Source: Candidatus Marinacidobacterales bacterium (lineage in GTDB: Bacteria; Acidobacteriota; Vicinamibacteria; Marinacidobacterales; DATDRI01). Taken from it: a stretch of DNA of 64,000 bases. The position numbers and the translations under genes were made by a program. The stretch spans positions 1 to 64,000 of the forward strand of contig OZ245365.1 in the NCBI GenBank assembly GCA_965226495.1, in the 5' to 3' direction. Shown here in pieces: positions 19,902 to 29,863 of the stretch (its first letter is position 1; every line of letters begins with the position of its first letter). Below the pieces are notes generated by a model. That model did not search any database. It had not been told where the DNA came from and saw nothing but the letters and a program-made list of their open reading frames with translations.

Positions 19902-20333
19902 ATGCCGCAGGATACAGGGGTTGGCCGGAACGTCGTTTTGGACGGTTTGGACTTCGCCAGCCTGCGGCGGGTCTGGGAGCAGACCTTTGGGGCTGCTCCG
20001 TCAAGCTCGCTCTCGCGTATCTTCATGCGCCGCGTTCTCTTGCACGAACGCCAGTGCCGGACCTATGGCGGGCTTTCGGCTACAACCCGGCGCGCTCTGG
20101 CCGCCATGGCGAACGAGACACCAAGCTCCGGCACTCCCGCAGGGTCCGTTTCTGCCGGCACCCATCTCGTCCGCGAGTGGAATGGCCGGACCTACCAGGT
20201 CGAGATACTCGACAACGGCTATCGGTTCGATGGCAAAACCTATCCGTCCCTCACTACCATCGCAAAGCGAATCACCGGCACCCACTGGTCAGGACCACGC
20301 TTTTTCGGTCTGACGCCCAAGCGCAAGGCCTAA
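19902..20333 (+). CDS. DUF2924 family protein
   Basis: GTHLVREWNG..YPSLTTIAKRITGTHWSGPRFFGL. Confidence 0.85.
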   Translation: MPQDTGVGRNVVLDGLDFASLRRVWEQTFGAAPSSSLSRIFMRRVLLHERQCRTYGGLSATTRRALAAMANETPSSGTPAGSVSAGTHLVREWNGRTYQVEILDNGYRFDGKTYPSLTTIAKRITGTHWSGPRFFGLTPKRKA

Positions 20334-20334
20334 C

Positions 20335-20604
20335 ATGAAGAAAATCCGTTGCGCCATCTATACGCGAAAGAGCGCGGAAGAGGGTCTCGAACAGGAGTTC
20401 AACTCCCTCGATGCGCAGCGAGAGGCCTGTGCCGCGTATGTTGCGAGCCAGAAAGCGGAGAGCTGGGTGCTGCTGCCAACCGTCTACGAGGACGCGGGGC
20501 TCTCGGGAGGAACCCTGGAGCGCCCGGGCCTGCAGCGCTTGCTCGCCGACATCGACGCAGGTCTCGTCGAGCAGATCGTGGTCTACAAGGTCGACCGGCT
20601 GACC
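20335..20604 (+). pseudogene. Serine recombinase, truncated
   Basis: RCAIYTRKS..EQEFNSLDAQRE..SGGTLERP..VYKVDRLTR, cut by TIR-B. Confidence 0.88.
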
Positions 20605-22039
20605 CGTCCTGTGCCAAAACTCGGCCCTTTTGAAATAGACCATAAATCAGCAGCTTAGTGTCTGTGTTTGCGACCGGACCAAGGGCCGTGGGCTTTACAA
20701 TCGTCTGGCCCGAGGGTGTTATCTTCAGCTCCATGATGACGTACCACGTGCAATTCCTACTGCTCGTTCTAGCTGGCTGGGTCAACCGCCAGCAGCAGAA
20801 TGTGATCGACTACCAGCAAGAGGAGAACCGTGTGCTCCGAGCGGGGCTTCGGGGCAAGCGGTCTCAGGCTCTCGGACGACGAGCGGCGCAGGCTCGCCGT
20901 CAAGGCCCAGGCTTTGGGCCGCGAGGCGCTGGCCCAGATTGCGTCGGTTGCCACACCCGCTACGCTTCTGCGTTGGTACCGCTGCCTCATCGCAGCCAAC
21001 TACGATGGCAGCAAGAACCGGAGCCCAGGCCGACCTCCGACGGCGAAGGACATCCGTGAGCTCATTGTGCGCGTGGCGCAGGAGAACCCGACGTGGGGAT
21101 ATACGCGCCTGCGAGGCGCACTCAAGAACCTAGGACATAAACTCGGACGCAACACTATCAAGAGGATCCTCGCCGAGCACGGTATCGCTCCTGCGCCGGA
21201 GCGGGGCAGGAGCATGTCGTGGAGCACCTTCATCAAGGCTCATTGGGGCGCCATCGCTGCGACAGACCTGTTCACCGTCGAGGTTGTAAACCCGTTCGGG
21301 CTCGTCCGCTACCATGTCCTGTTTGTTCATCGATATCGACCACTCGCTGCGTGTGCATCGGTGGGATAACGTCGGACCCCAACGGGGGAGTGGATGAAGC
21401 AGGTGGCAAGAAACCTCACGGACATGTGGGATGGTTTCCTCCTTGGCAAGCGATACCTCATCCACGACCGGAACCCGCTATTCACCGAGGCGGTACGTTG
21501 GGCTCTTGAGAAATTCAGGCGTGAAGCCCCTGCGCCTTCCCGCCAATAGTCCGAATCTGAACGCATACGCGGAAAGATTCGTTCTCTCCATACGTCGAGT
21601 GTGTCTCGACCGCTTCGTACCTCTCAGTGAGCGACACCTGCGCACAGCGGTAACCGAATACGTAGTGCACTATCACACAGAACGGAACCACCAAGGTCTC
21701 GGCAACGAGCTCCTCACACCTCTGCCGGCAAGCGCGAATAGCGCTGGCCCCATCGTGTCGCGAGAGCGACTTGGGGGGCATTCTCAACTACTACTGCCGT
21801 GCCGCGTAGATGGTCGCCGGCGACGGTAGCCCCTCGGCGGGCTCGACCGGCGTAGCGTTGGAAACAGCTTCAGGAACATGCTTCGCTATTCGCTCTCGAC
21901 TAGGTGGTCATCTGCATGGTGACGACCCGCCCGCCCAAGACGATTGTAAAGCCCACGGCCCTTGGCCCGGTCGCAAACACAGACACTAAGTTGCTGGTTT
22001 ATGGCCTATTTCAAAAGGGCCGAGTTTTGGCACAGGACG
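20605..22039 (+). mobile_element. IS with about 102-bp TIRs (TIR-B) and a frameshifted integrase-core transposase (about 20733-21809)
   Basis: 20605-20706 is the inverted repeat of 21938-22039; [25 protein letters not shown] motifs lie in different frames. Confidence 0.88.
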
Positions 22040-22631
22040 GGGTCCGTGTGAGAAGCGCTGTCCCTGAGGGGGCTGGCTCGGACGGGGCAAGCCGCACAGA
22101 CCGGGACATACCTTGTTGCGCCAGGCGCTCGCGCAGTCCGGCTTCGAGCGCATGAACGTGGGCCACGAGGACCGACCTCCGTGGCTCCAGGGGGACGCCA
22201 AAACACGACATGGTGCGTTCGATGAAGGTGCGAGCTGCCTCCGGCGAACCGAGGAAGCTTGCAGCCTTTTTTCCATTCGGGAGCCACTTCTTGCGGCTTC
22301 ATAGCGTTCTGGGCGAAGCGAGTCCGGGAGCGTTTCTCCTTCTCCGAGACGTCGCGCCAACGGGTTTCGACGAGGCGAGCACCGTCCTTGAGACGCAGAT
22401 CGAGTGTCATCTGCTCCCTACCGCCCTGGCGAAGCATCATCGAAGCCATGAGGGCATCGGTGACGGGGCCCCGTTCGTCCGGGAGGGGCACGGTCACGCC
22501 AGTCACCTTACGGATCTCCTCGGCCTTGCGCAGGATGACGTCGAGGACGGCACCGTCGATCGCGCTCGCCGGCGAGAACATCATGATCGAATGGACGAGT
22601 TCGGCGGGCTGGCCGAAACGGTCGACGCGGC
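22040..22631 (-). pseudogene. Helicase C-terminal fragment (DrmD-like)
   Basis: DGAVLDVILRKAEEIRKVTGVTVPLP..SRTRFAQN. Confidence 0.5.
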
Positions 22632-22941
22632 TGTGCCTTCTATTTATTCATCCGGGCGCCCCGAACTTGATTAGTCTCCGGTCTGTCGGCACCATACCTG
22701 CTTGATTTCGTCGTTTGTTCGCGCTCTCATCTCCGCCTTCAAGGCTCATCGCGAGCTGGCTCTCGACAATGTCGCTCTTCGGCAGCAGTTCGCCGTCCTC
22801 TGCCGTCCGGTGAAACGGCCGCGGCTCTCGCGAAGGTCGACCGCGGGTTGGGTAACTGTAAAGCCTAGGGGGCCCTTGGCCCAGTCGCTAAGCTGCTGAT
22901 TTATGGTCTATTTCAAAAGGGCCGAGTTTTGGCACAGGACG
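22632..22941. mobile_element. End D plus transposase N-terminus joined to an inverted TIR-B
   Basis: Similar to 10200-10389 (reverse complement); ends TTTTGGCACAGGACG. Confidence 0.8.
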
Positions 22942-23509
22942 GGGTCAGCATCTTTGCGCTGATCTGGATTGCAGGCCAAGCACTAGCGGTGTTGATCGCT
23001 CTGGCCGGATTGGTTGGGCTTCTTTACCTCTGGCTAAAAATCGTCCTCTGAAGCATAAAAGGCTGCGACGGCTCGCGCAGGGAAGAGGAGTAAGAATGCC
23101 TAAGCGAAAGTACAATCGCTTTGTCTTGGACCCGCGAGAAATCGCGGATCCGGCCACATCGCCGAGCCAGGCCGAAATCCGACTGGCGGTAGAAAGAACA
23201 CTCCGAAAGAGCGCGAATCGAGATCTTCGAGAAGGCCGAGAAAGCCAAAGCCGATGGCAAAAAACTCTCGGAGAGAGACCAGACGATGTACGACCACTTT
23301 GCCAAGGAGTACCCGTATCTGGTCCCGGAGCGCCGCAAGGAGCTGCAGAAGAGACTGGAGCGATTTATCCAGCCCGCAGAGGGAATCCGGGCAGCAGATG
23401 AGGGGCCGACTGTAGAGGAGGTTAATGAGGCCGCTCGCCGGATCTTGGCCGAGAGAGAGGCCAAGGCCAGGGCGAAGAAGAAGCAGAAGTCGTCACCGAG
23501 AGAATAGGG

Positions 23510-23903
23510 CGACCAGCCCAGCCCTCCAGAATCCGCGCAGAATCCTGGGTATTTCGAGCCGCAGGGCTGGCTTCCAACCTGTTCATCATTATTACTGGTC
23601 CGGGACTGGACTCTAGGCCCCGGACCGCCCTCGAGCACATGCTGGATAGCGTGGTCAGCGCGCGAGGGAAGGTGCTGAGGACGAACTTCTCGGCGACCAG
23701 CCGAGTAACGCGAGCGACCAAGCTGACTCAGGCTGCCTCTCGCCACTCGTATCGATGGTGCAGTTCACCGACTCGCAGCAGTGCGACGACTTTCGCCGTA
23801 GGAGACGGTCGGTGCGCGACCGTTCTCAAGCTCGGTGTGTCCTTGTTCAGCCCCAAGTGGCAACGGTCCTCATGATAGTAGCTGATGTAAGGCGGAAGCA
23901 CCC
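23510..23903 (-). mobile_element. 3' fragment of another integrase-core IS
   Basis: YYHEDRCHLGLNKDTP..VGELHHRYEWREAA; downstream region shares the MITE A internal sequence. Confidence 0.7.
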
Positions 23904-24063
23904 TGCCTTGGTGCATAAATACAGGTAAATCATTGATTCCATTGACTCTGCGATTTTTGGCCCAAAAACGTAACCTGCTGATTTCTTTAGAGTTATCCAG
24001 AGTTATGCACCAAGGCACTGATTTATCGGCTATTTCAAGAGGGCCGAGTTTTGGCACAGGACG
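23904..24063. mobile_element. MITE C (23904-24017) nested against a TIR-B end (24018-24063)
   Basis: Sequence identity to the other copies. Confidence 0.85.
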
Positions 24064-24953
24064 GGGATTGGTACACGTTTCTGAGCACCCGACCGGACAT
24101 AGATGAGGTGAACTTCTGGCAACCGAGCGGCGGGCGCCGTTTCCGAAGCTTGGATATCGGTGATCCCTTTCTGTTTAAACTGCACCATCCGGAAAATTAC
24201 ATCGCAGGCGGCGGTTTCTTCGGACGGTTCGTTCAAGCGCCCTCGCGCCTCGCATGGGACGCGTTCGGCGAGAAAAACGGCGCTCCTTCGTATGACGCGA
24301 TGCGAGCGCGCATCGAAAAGTACCGACGAGAATCCCTCGCGCCCCATGACGATTACACCATCGGTTGCATCCTGCTGCAGCAACCCTTCTTCTTGGACAG
24401 AGCGGACTGGATCCCAGCTCCGGCTGATTTCAAAAAAAACATCGTTCAGGGGAAAGGGTACGACTTGAGCAGTGACGTCGGCCGTGAGCTCTGGGAAGCG
24501 GTGCAGGCGAAGCTCACCGTCGCTCACGCCGTCACCGCTGGCGAGCCAGCTCCCATGTACGGCGATCCTGTGCTAGTGAAGCAGCGCCTTGGTCAGGGAA
24601 CGTTTCGACTCGCGGTGACCGACATCTATGAGAAACGGTGCGCGGTGACTGGCGAGAAGGTCCTTCCTGTATTGGAAGCCGCCCATATCCAGCCTGTAAG
24701 TGTGGGTGGAATGCATAGCGTGGATAACGGCGTCCTCTTGCGATCGGACGTCCACACCCTATTCGATCAAGGGTACGTGACGGTAACGCCGAATTTCGAA
24801 GTCCGCGTGAGCTCGCGTCTACGAGACGAGTTCCACAATGGCAAGCATTACTACCGATTCGAGGGGCGCGCGATCTGGCTGCCGAAGACTGAGGCCGAGC
24901 GACCCAATCGAGAGTTTCTTGAATGGCACGGCGACAGTGTCTTTCGAGGGTGA
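24051..24953 (+). CDS. HNH endonuclease with putative PUA-like N-terminal domain; native start replaced by TIR-B
   Basis: DEVNFWQP..FLFKLH..GGGFF; RLGQGTFR..CAVTG..LEAAHI..NGVLLRSDVHTLFD. Confidence 0.85.
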   Translation: MAQDGDWYTFLSTRPDIDEVNFWQPSGGRRFRSLDIGDPFLFKLHHPENYIAGGGFFGRFVQAPSRLAWDAFGEKNGAPSYDAMRARIEKYRRESLAPHDDYTIGCILLQQPFFLDRADWIPAPADFKKNIVQGKGYDLSSDVGRELWEAVQAKLTVAHAVTAGEPAPMYGDPVLVKQRLGQGTFRLAVTDIYEKRCAVTGEKVLPVLEAAHIQPVSVGGMHSVDNGVLLRSDVHTLFDQGYVTVTPNFEVRVSSRLRDEFHNGKHYYRFEGRAIWLPKTEAERPNREFLEWHGDSVFRG

Positions 24954-24965
24954 GGGAAACATGCC

Positions 24966-25680
24966 ATGACTTGGATTGCTGGCGTCGATGGCTGCAAGGC
25001 AGGCTGGGTCGTCGTCCGGCTCGAGCTGGATGCTCGTAGCATAGCGATTGACGTCGTGGACGGGATCTCCGTGGTTCTCGACTCGGAGAAACCCGCCCGA
25101 GATTCTGTGTATCGATGTTCCGATCGGACTTCTGGACGAGGCGGTTCGTGGGGGGCGAGAGTGCGACAAAGCGGCGAGAAAACTTCATGGAAGCCCTCGT
25201 TCGAGTAGCGTCTTTTCGGCTCCAGCACGCCCGGCTCTCAAGGGCCGAAGCTTCGAGGAAGCGCTTCGTCTGAATCGCGAATCGTCCGCGCACGCCGTGG
25301 GTATCAGTCAACAGTGCTTCGGTATCATTCCTAAGATTCGGGAAGTCGACGACTACATGACTCCTGAACTGCAGGGGCGGGTTGTTGAGGTCCATCCCGA
25401 GCTGGTCTTTTACGAAATGAGTGGTGGCAAATCGGTCAAAGAGGGCAAGAAGTCCAAAGGGGGCCTTGCACATCGGCTGGAGTTGTTGGCAGAGGCTTTC
25501 GACTTCAACGCGTCGGAGCTAGTGGAGAATCACCGGAGCTCGAAAGTGGCTCGGGACGATATCGTGGACGCAATGGCCGCGTGTTGGACCGCGGAGCGCA
25601 TTTTGAAAGGGGAAGAGGTCCGCGTGCCCAACGAGCCCGTTCGGGATTCGAAAGGGTTGCTGATGGAAATCGTGCGCTAG
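24966..25680 (+). pseudogene. DUF429 predicted nuclease (RNase H-like), one frameshift near 25090-25105
   Basis: AGVDGCKAGW, then IDVPIGL..RECDKAAR..EVHPE..DDIVDA in the next frame. Confidence 0.8.
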
Positions 25681-25692
25681 TCTCCTTCAGTC

Positions 25693-26538
25693 CTACTCTC
25701 CCGCGATAGTCTCCGCGAGCCACGCTGTTAACTCGGGGTAGACCGCAAGGTCGAGGACGAACTCTTGCCCTTTTGCGACGACACTCAGATGAGCGCGTTG
25801 GCCCTTCAGCGTCCAACGGTCTAATGAGCCGTGATACGTCAAAGGAGGTCGTCCGCTCGGTAGGAACCCGCTGGGCAAGGACCATTCCGAGGCATTCTTC
25901 GCCCCTTGCGCGGTTAGGCGTCGCTTGTCCGAGGCGAATTCGAAAACGCCAAACCCGCGAATCGCGCCTACATCTACGCCTGGCAACGAGAGTGCCTTAT
26001 TCGCGACGTAGAGCGTGTTCGTCGGATCTGGCGGGAATGCTAGGTGAGGATGGGCTTGGGCCCATCGCCACTCGCTACCACCGCTACGAACGACGTCGTC
26101 GACTGGAGCTACGTCGCCGACCTGCAGCCAGCCCCAAACATGATGTTCTGGCCGTCCCAATTTCCTCAACTCGTCGTCTACTGGCTGAAACGAGCCCCAG
26201 AAGAGGAAGACGTCGCCAACGCCGACGCCTTGATTTCGAAGGTGACCTTGAGCGGCTCTGTGTTGACCCAACGTTGCCCGCCATCCTGGATTTCGAGGAG
26301 CTAGGTTTCTCACAAGATCTGGGTCGAGGTGTGCGCGATAGTCGCTTCTCTGTTTGCCGCGAGTCAGTTTTGCGACGACGTCTCCAAGGTTGCGCCCGCG
26401 CCAGGTCAGGTCTTTGTAGCGCACCGGCGAACGCTTGTCCGGGATCGGAAGGGAGATCATCGAGCCGTCCGGGAAAATGGGACTCGGGCATCCGCCGCTC
26501 GACGAGTCGAATCCCTTCCGGCTCAAGATTAGCCGCAT
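25693..26538 (-). CDS. Nucleotide modification associated domain 3 (Nmad3) protein
   Basis: ILSRKGFDSSSGGCPSPIFPDG..SLPIP..HLDPDL..GQ..AQGHL..GDVFLFWG..HPH..GQEFV. Confidence 0.8.
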   Translation of the reverse strand: MRLILSRKGFDSSSGGCPSPIFPDGSMISLPIPDKRSPVRYKDLTWRGRNLGDVVAKLTRGKQRSDYRAHLDPDLVRNLAPRNPGWRATLGQHRAAQGHLRNQGVGVGDVFLFWGSFQPVDDELRKLGRPEHHVWGWLQVGDVAPVDDVVRSGGSEWRWAQAHPHLAFPPDPTNTLYVANKALSLPGVDVGAIRGFGVFEFASDKRRLTAQGAKNASEWSLPSGFLPSGRPPLTYHGSLDRWTLKGQRAHLSVVAKGQEFVLDLAVYPELTAWLAETIAGE

Positions 26539-27155
26539 CGCGTCTTTCCCGGTTGCCAGGAGGTGTCGTCCGTGGGCCAGTGCCTCGGTTGGCCCCGAAT
26601 ACCTTGTGGTCGAGCTTTCAAAAAATCGAGGAGAGCCGACTTCTCCTCATCAGTGAAGTTCAGGCGGTTGAACCGAGCGGGCGGTTGAAAGGCGACGTGC
26701 GCGGGAAACGGCACAGCATCTCCGCCGTAGTAGCAGAACCGTTTCGCGACCAGGACACGCTCGCCGTTGAGGTCGTGGGCCATTCCCCTTTTGTCCTCGC
26801 GGTCGTTCTTGTGATCCCAATGCTGCGACCGAAGTTGTCGGAAATCGCCGTCGCCTATTGGTGCGTAACAGTTGTCGCCGCATTTATCCACGATTGGTGC
26901 TCCTTTGCGCCAACGCGGACGCTTGGACCTGAATCTGCGATCCGACCAATACTCTTCGAACGTAAGCGACTCATCCACCCTCATGGCATAAGCGAGATGG
27001 TTGTCGAGCTTCCTCGGCGTAATTCCGACGATCCAGTCTCCTGGACGCGCCTTTCGCCGGATGGCGGGCTTGCAGCACGCGAGCGTGCACCAGCCAAAGA
27101 ACGGATTCGGCGCGAAGCCTGAGTCGGCTTTGAGGATGTACGCGTAGATACGCAC
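26529..27155 (-). CDS. Nucleotide modification associated domain 2 (Nmad2) protein
   Basis: YILKADSGFAPNPFFGWCTLACCKPAIRR..GDWIVG..GDNCY. Confidence 0.85.
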   Translation of the reverse strand: MRIYAYILKADSGFAPNPFFGWCTLACCKPAIRRKARPGDWIVGITPRKLDNHLAYAMRVDESLTFEEYWSDRRFRSKRPRWRKGAPIVDKCGDNCYAPIGDGDFRQLRSQHWDHKNDREDKRGMAHDLNGERVLVAKRFCYYGGDAVPFPAHVAFQPPARFNRLNFTDEEKSALLDFLKARPQGIRGQPRHWPTDDTSWQPGKTRCG

Positions 27156-27231
27156 TACAGCCAGCCTGGGCAGTTCTCTATCGATTCATTTTCGTGCATC
27201 GACTTGCGCGCGACTTTTTGGGCCTCGCGAT

Positions 27232-28317
27232 GGCGTTGTTGCACGGCCCGGAGCAAATCGCTGACCTCCCTGTGCCGGTTGCAGAGTCACCCGGCGCAGT
27301 ACGTATCGGGCATCCCGAGCGCAGCCATCTTGTTGAGTATCTCGCACCCAATTCGGTGTTCAACTCGTTGCCTCGCCAACGTTCGTGTCCGCATCTCGGG
27401 CCCGATGATCGCTTTGTAACGATAGACCGCGTTCTCCACCATGCTTCGCTTGGTGCAGCCTGAGAGCTTGTACCATTCACGTCGGCCGTGTCTTTCGATG
27501 GCACGAATATGGCGGTCGCGCTCCTGCATGGCGGTGTTCGAATTCTGATTGAGCGTCGCGTTTCGTTGCGGCGGAATCACCACGCGCGTCCTTCGTCCAG
27601 GACTGTGCGCTTCGATGGCTTCGTAGACCGCTTCCTTGTCGTATGCACTGTCCGCCGCCACCGACACTAGAGGTGCTTGAATCTGTGTTAGCAAAGCGGG
27701 GACTCGGGTTGCGTCGCGAGCTCGTGACGCCGTCAGTTCGGACGCAACAATGTTCCCTGTCTCGCGATCAACGGCGATGTGCAACTTGCGCCATGCGCGC
27801 TGCTTTGGCGGTTTGCGGGCGGTTCCGACATGAATCCTCAAGCCCGTGCTATCGATCATCAGGTGGATGGGTTGAGTGCTCGCGGCTTTCGGAATCCGCA
27901 GCTTCTTGCGGAGCAACCTTGAGCGCCGACACAACGTCGAGTAGTCCGGTATCTCGATACCGAGCCCGAGAAGCGAGGCGATCGAGTGCAAGAAGCCTTC
28001 GGTTTGTCGGTAGGCGAGCTTGTACACCATCCGGACAACCAGGCCCGTTTCAATCGCCATGTCTGAATAGACCCGTTGACCGCCAGGCTTACCGGTCTTG
28101 TCGGCCTTCCAGTTCGCGATTGCCTCCTCGTCAAAACCAGACTGTCAAATCGCCCCGGCGGCGCAGCCCTTCGTTGTATTCCGCCCAGTTGCGAACGTGG
28201 TACTTCTTCTGCTTCGCGTGCTTGTACTGGCAGCGCTTGGGATACTTCATGCTCGAACATAACCTCGCCACCACCATAGGCGGATTTCGCTCTCAGCCAG
28301 AGCGGTGCAACAACGCC
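27232..28317 (-). mobile_element. IS5-family (IS903 group) element, second copy, frameshifted
   Basis: Same TIRs as 13093-14177; one extra base in a homopolymer near 28135. Confidence 0.9.
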
Positions 28318-29003
28318 CGTTCGAGCTGAAGAACAGCCTCACCAAGCAGACGGTCGAGGACGCCACAGAGCAGTACAAGCGTGACCGCGACCCTCGTGAG
28401 AAGCTCTTCGAGTTCGGCCGCTGCGTGGCGCACTTCGCGGTGGACGACCACGCGGTGCAGTTCTGCACGCACCTCAATGGAAAGGGCTCGTGGTTTCTGC
28501 CCTTCAACCAGGGCTGGAACGACGGCGCCGGGAACCCGCCGAATCCGGATGGCCTCAAGACCGACTACCTGTGGAAGCGGATTCTCACTCGCGACGGGCT
28601 GACGGACATACTGGAGAACTACACGCAGGTCGTCGAGACCAAGGATGAGAAGACGGGCAAGAAGAGGAGGAAGCAGATCTGGCCGCGCTACCACCAGCTC
28701 AACGTGGTGCGACGGTTGCTGGCCGACACGCGCCGGCATGGCGCAGGGAAGCGGTATCTCATCCAGCACTCGGCCGGTAGCGGGAAGTCCAACTCCATCG
28801 CTTGGCTCGCCCACCAGTTGATTGGGCTGCGGAAGGACGCTGCCGGGGTGTTCGACTCCATCATCGTGGTCACGGACAGACGCATCCTCGACCGGCAGAT
28901 TTGCGACACGATCAAGCAGTTCGCCCAGGTCGGGGCCACCGTCGGCCATGCCGAACGCTCGGCCAACCTCCGCATGTTTATCGAGAGCGGCAAGAAGATC
29001 ATC
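28318..29003 (+). pseudogene. hsdR: Type I restriction subunit HsdR, N-terminal fragment
   Basis: FELKN..QY, PRYHQ, QHSAGSGKS, VVTDRRILDRQ. Confidence 0.85.
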
Positions 29004-29598
29004 ATCTTCTTGAGGATGTTCGAGAGGCGGTCGAGTTCGGCTTCCGGCCTGTGGCCGCCGCCGTTAGTCGGAACCGGCTCGATCTCCGCGTCCTCGTCCG
29101 CCAGTTGGACGTGTCTCGCCGCCTTCTTCTCGACCCGGTAGCTGTCCATGTCGATGGATTCAAGAATGCCTTTGGACAGATCCTCTTCCACGGGCGCGGG
29201 GAGCTTCGGTACGAGGAAGTTCAGGAAGATAGAGAGCTTCTCCCACTCGGCGTTCGTGTACGGCAGGATTGAGGCGAGGAAGCCGTACGCGCGCTCGAAC
29301 GCCTTGGCCTTGCCTTTGAAGTCTACCTGCCCGTCCTCGTCGAGCTGCTCCTTGTAGAACGCGACGCAGGCGTCGAGGATGGGGTCGAGCTGGTCGCGGT
29401 CCGCCCCATCCAGGTAGAGCGTCACGAGCTGGTCGATCTTCGTGTCGGCATACACCTGATAGCCGTCGAGCGCGGCCTTGAGGTCGTGTAGCTTGTTGGG
29501 ATCGGTCTCCTCGCTGAGGACCGTCGTCCGGTAGTAGTCAGCAAATGCCTCTTGGATGGTGTCGGCATCGTTCATGAAGTCGAACACGAACGCGTCGT
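29004..29598 (-). pseudogene. hsdR: Type I restriction subunit HsdR, C-terminal fragment, inverted
   Basis: FVFDFMND..IQEAFADYY..TDPNKLHDL..F.RAYGFLASILPY. Confidence 0.75.
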
Positions 29599-29863
29599 TC
29601 ATTTCTGAGAGATTTCGGGAACGAATCAGTTGCGATCGGCCTGCATGCGATAGCGGAGGTGCTGCAGTGATCTGCGTTTCCCCATTTGCACCGGGGAGGG
29701 CGACTCCTCGAACAGCCGTCAGAAGCACTTGCAGCGGTGCGTGAGAGCCTCGTGGCAGGAGGGGTGGGTGTCAAATCTCTGGCGGCTGATAGGTCGGAGG
29801 CTGCTAGGCAAGTTCGCGCGAAGAGTACAGTGAGCAGTTCGAGATCGGCGAGCTAGGGGGGCG

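Noticed and set aside
15073-22631. Functional DISARM/BREX-type system
   Set aside because: Only disjoint helicase fragments; no partner methylase or other components
429-24063. CRISPR array or integron cassette array
   Set aside because: Repeats vary in orientation, length and spacing and match IS termini; no cas genes, attC-like sites or integron integrase seen
25773-27122. 449-aa plus-strand ORF
   Set aside because: Arg/Ser-rich shadow of the Nmad3 and Nmad2 genes
28688-29728. 346-aa ORF as an intact gene
   Set aside because: Chimera of the inverted hsdR fragment and antisense read-through
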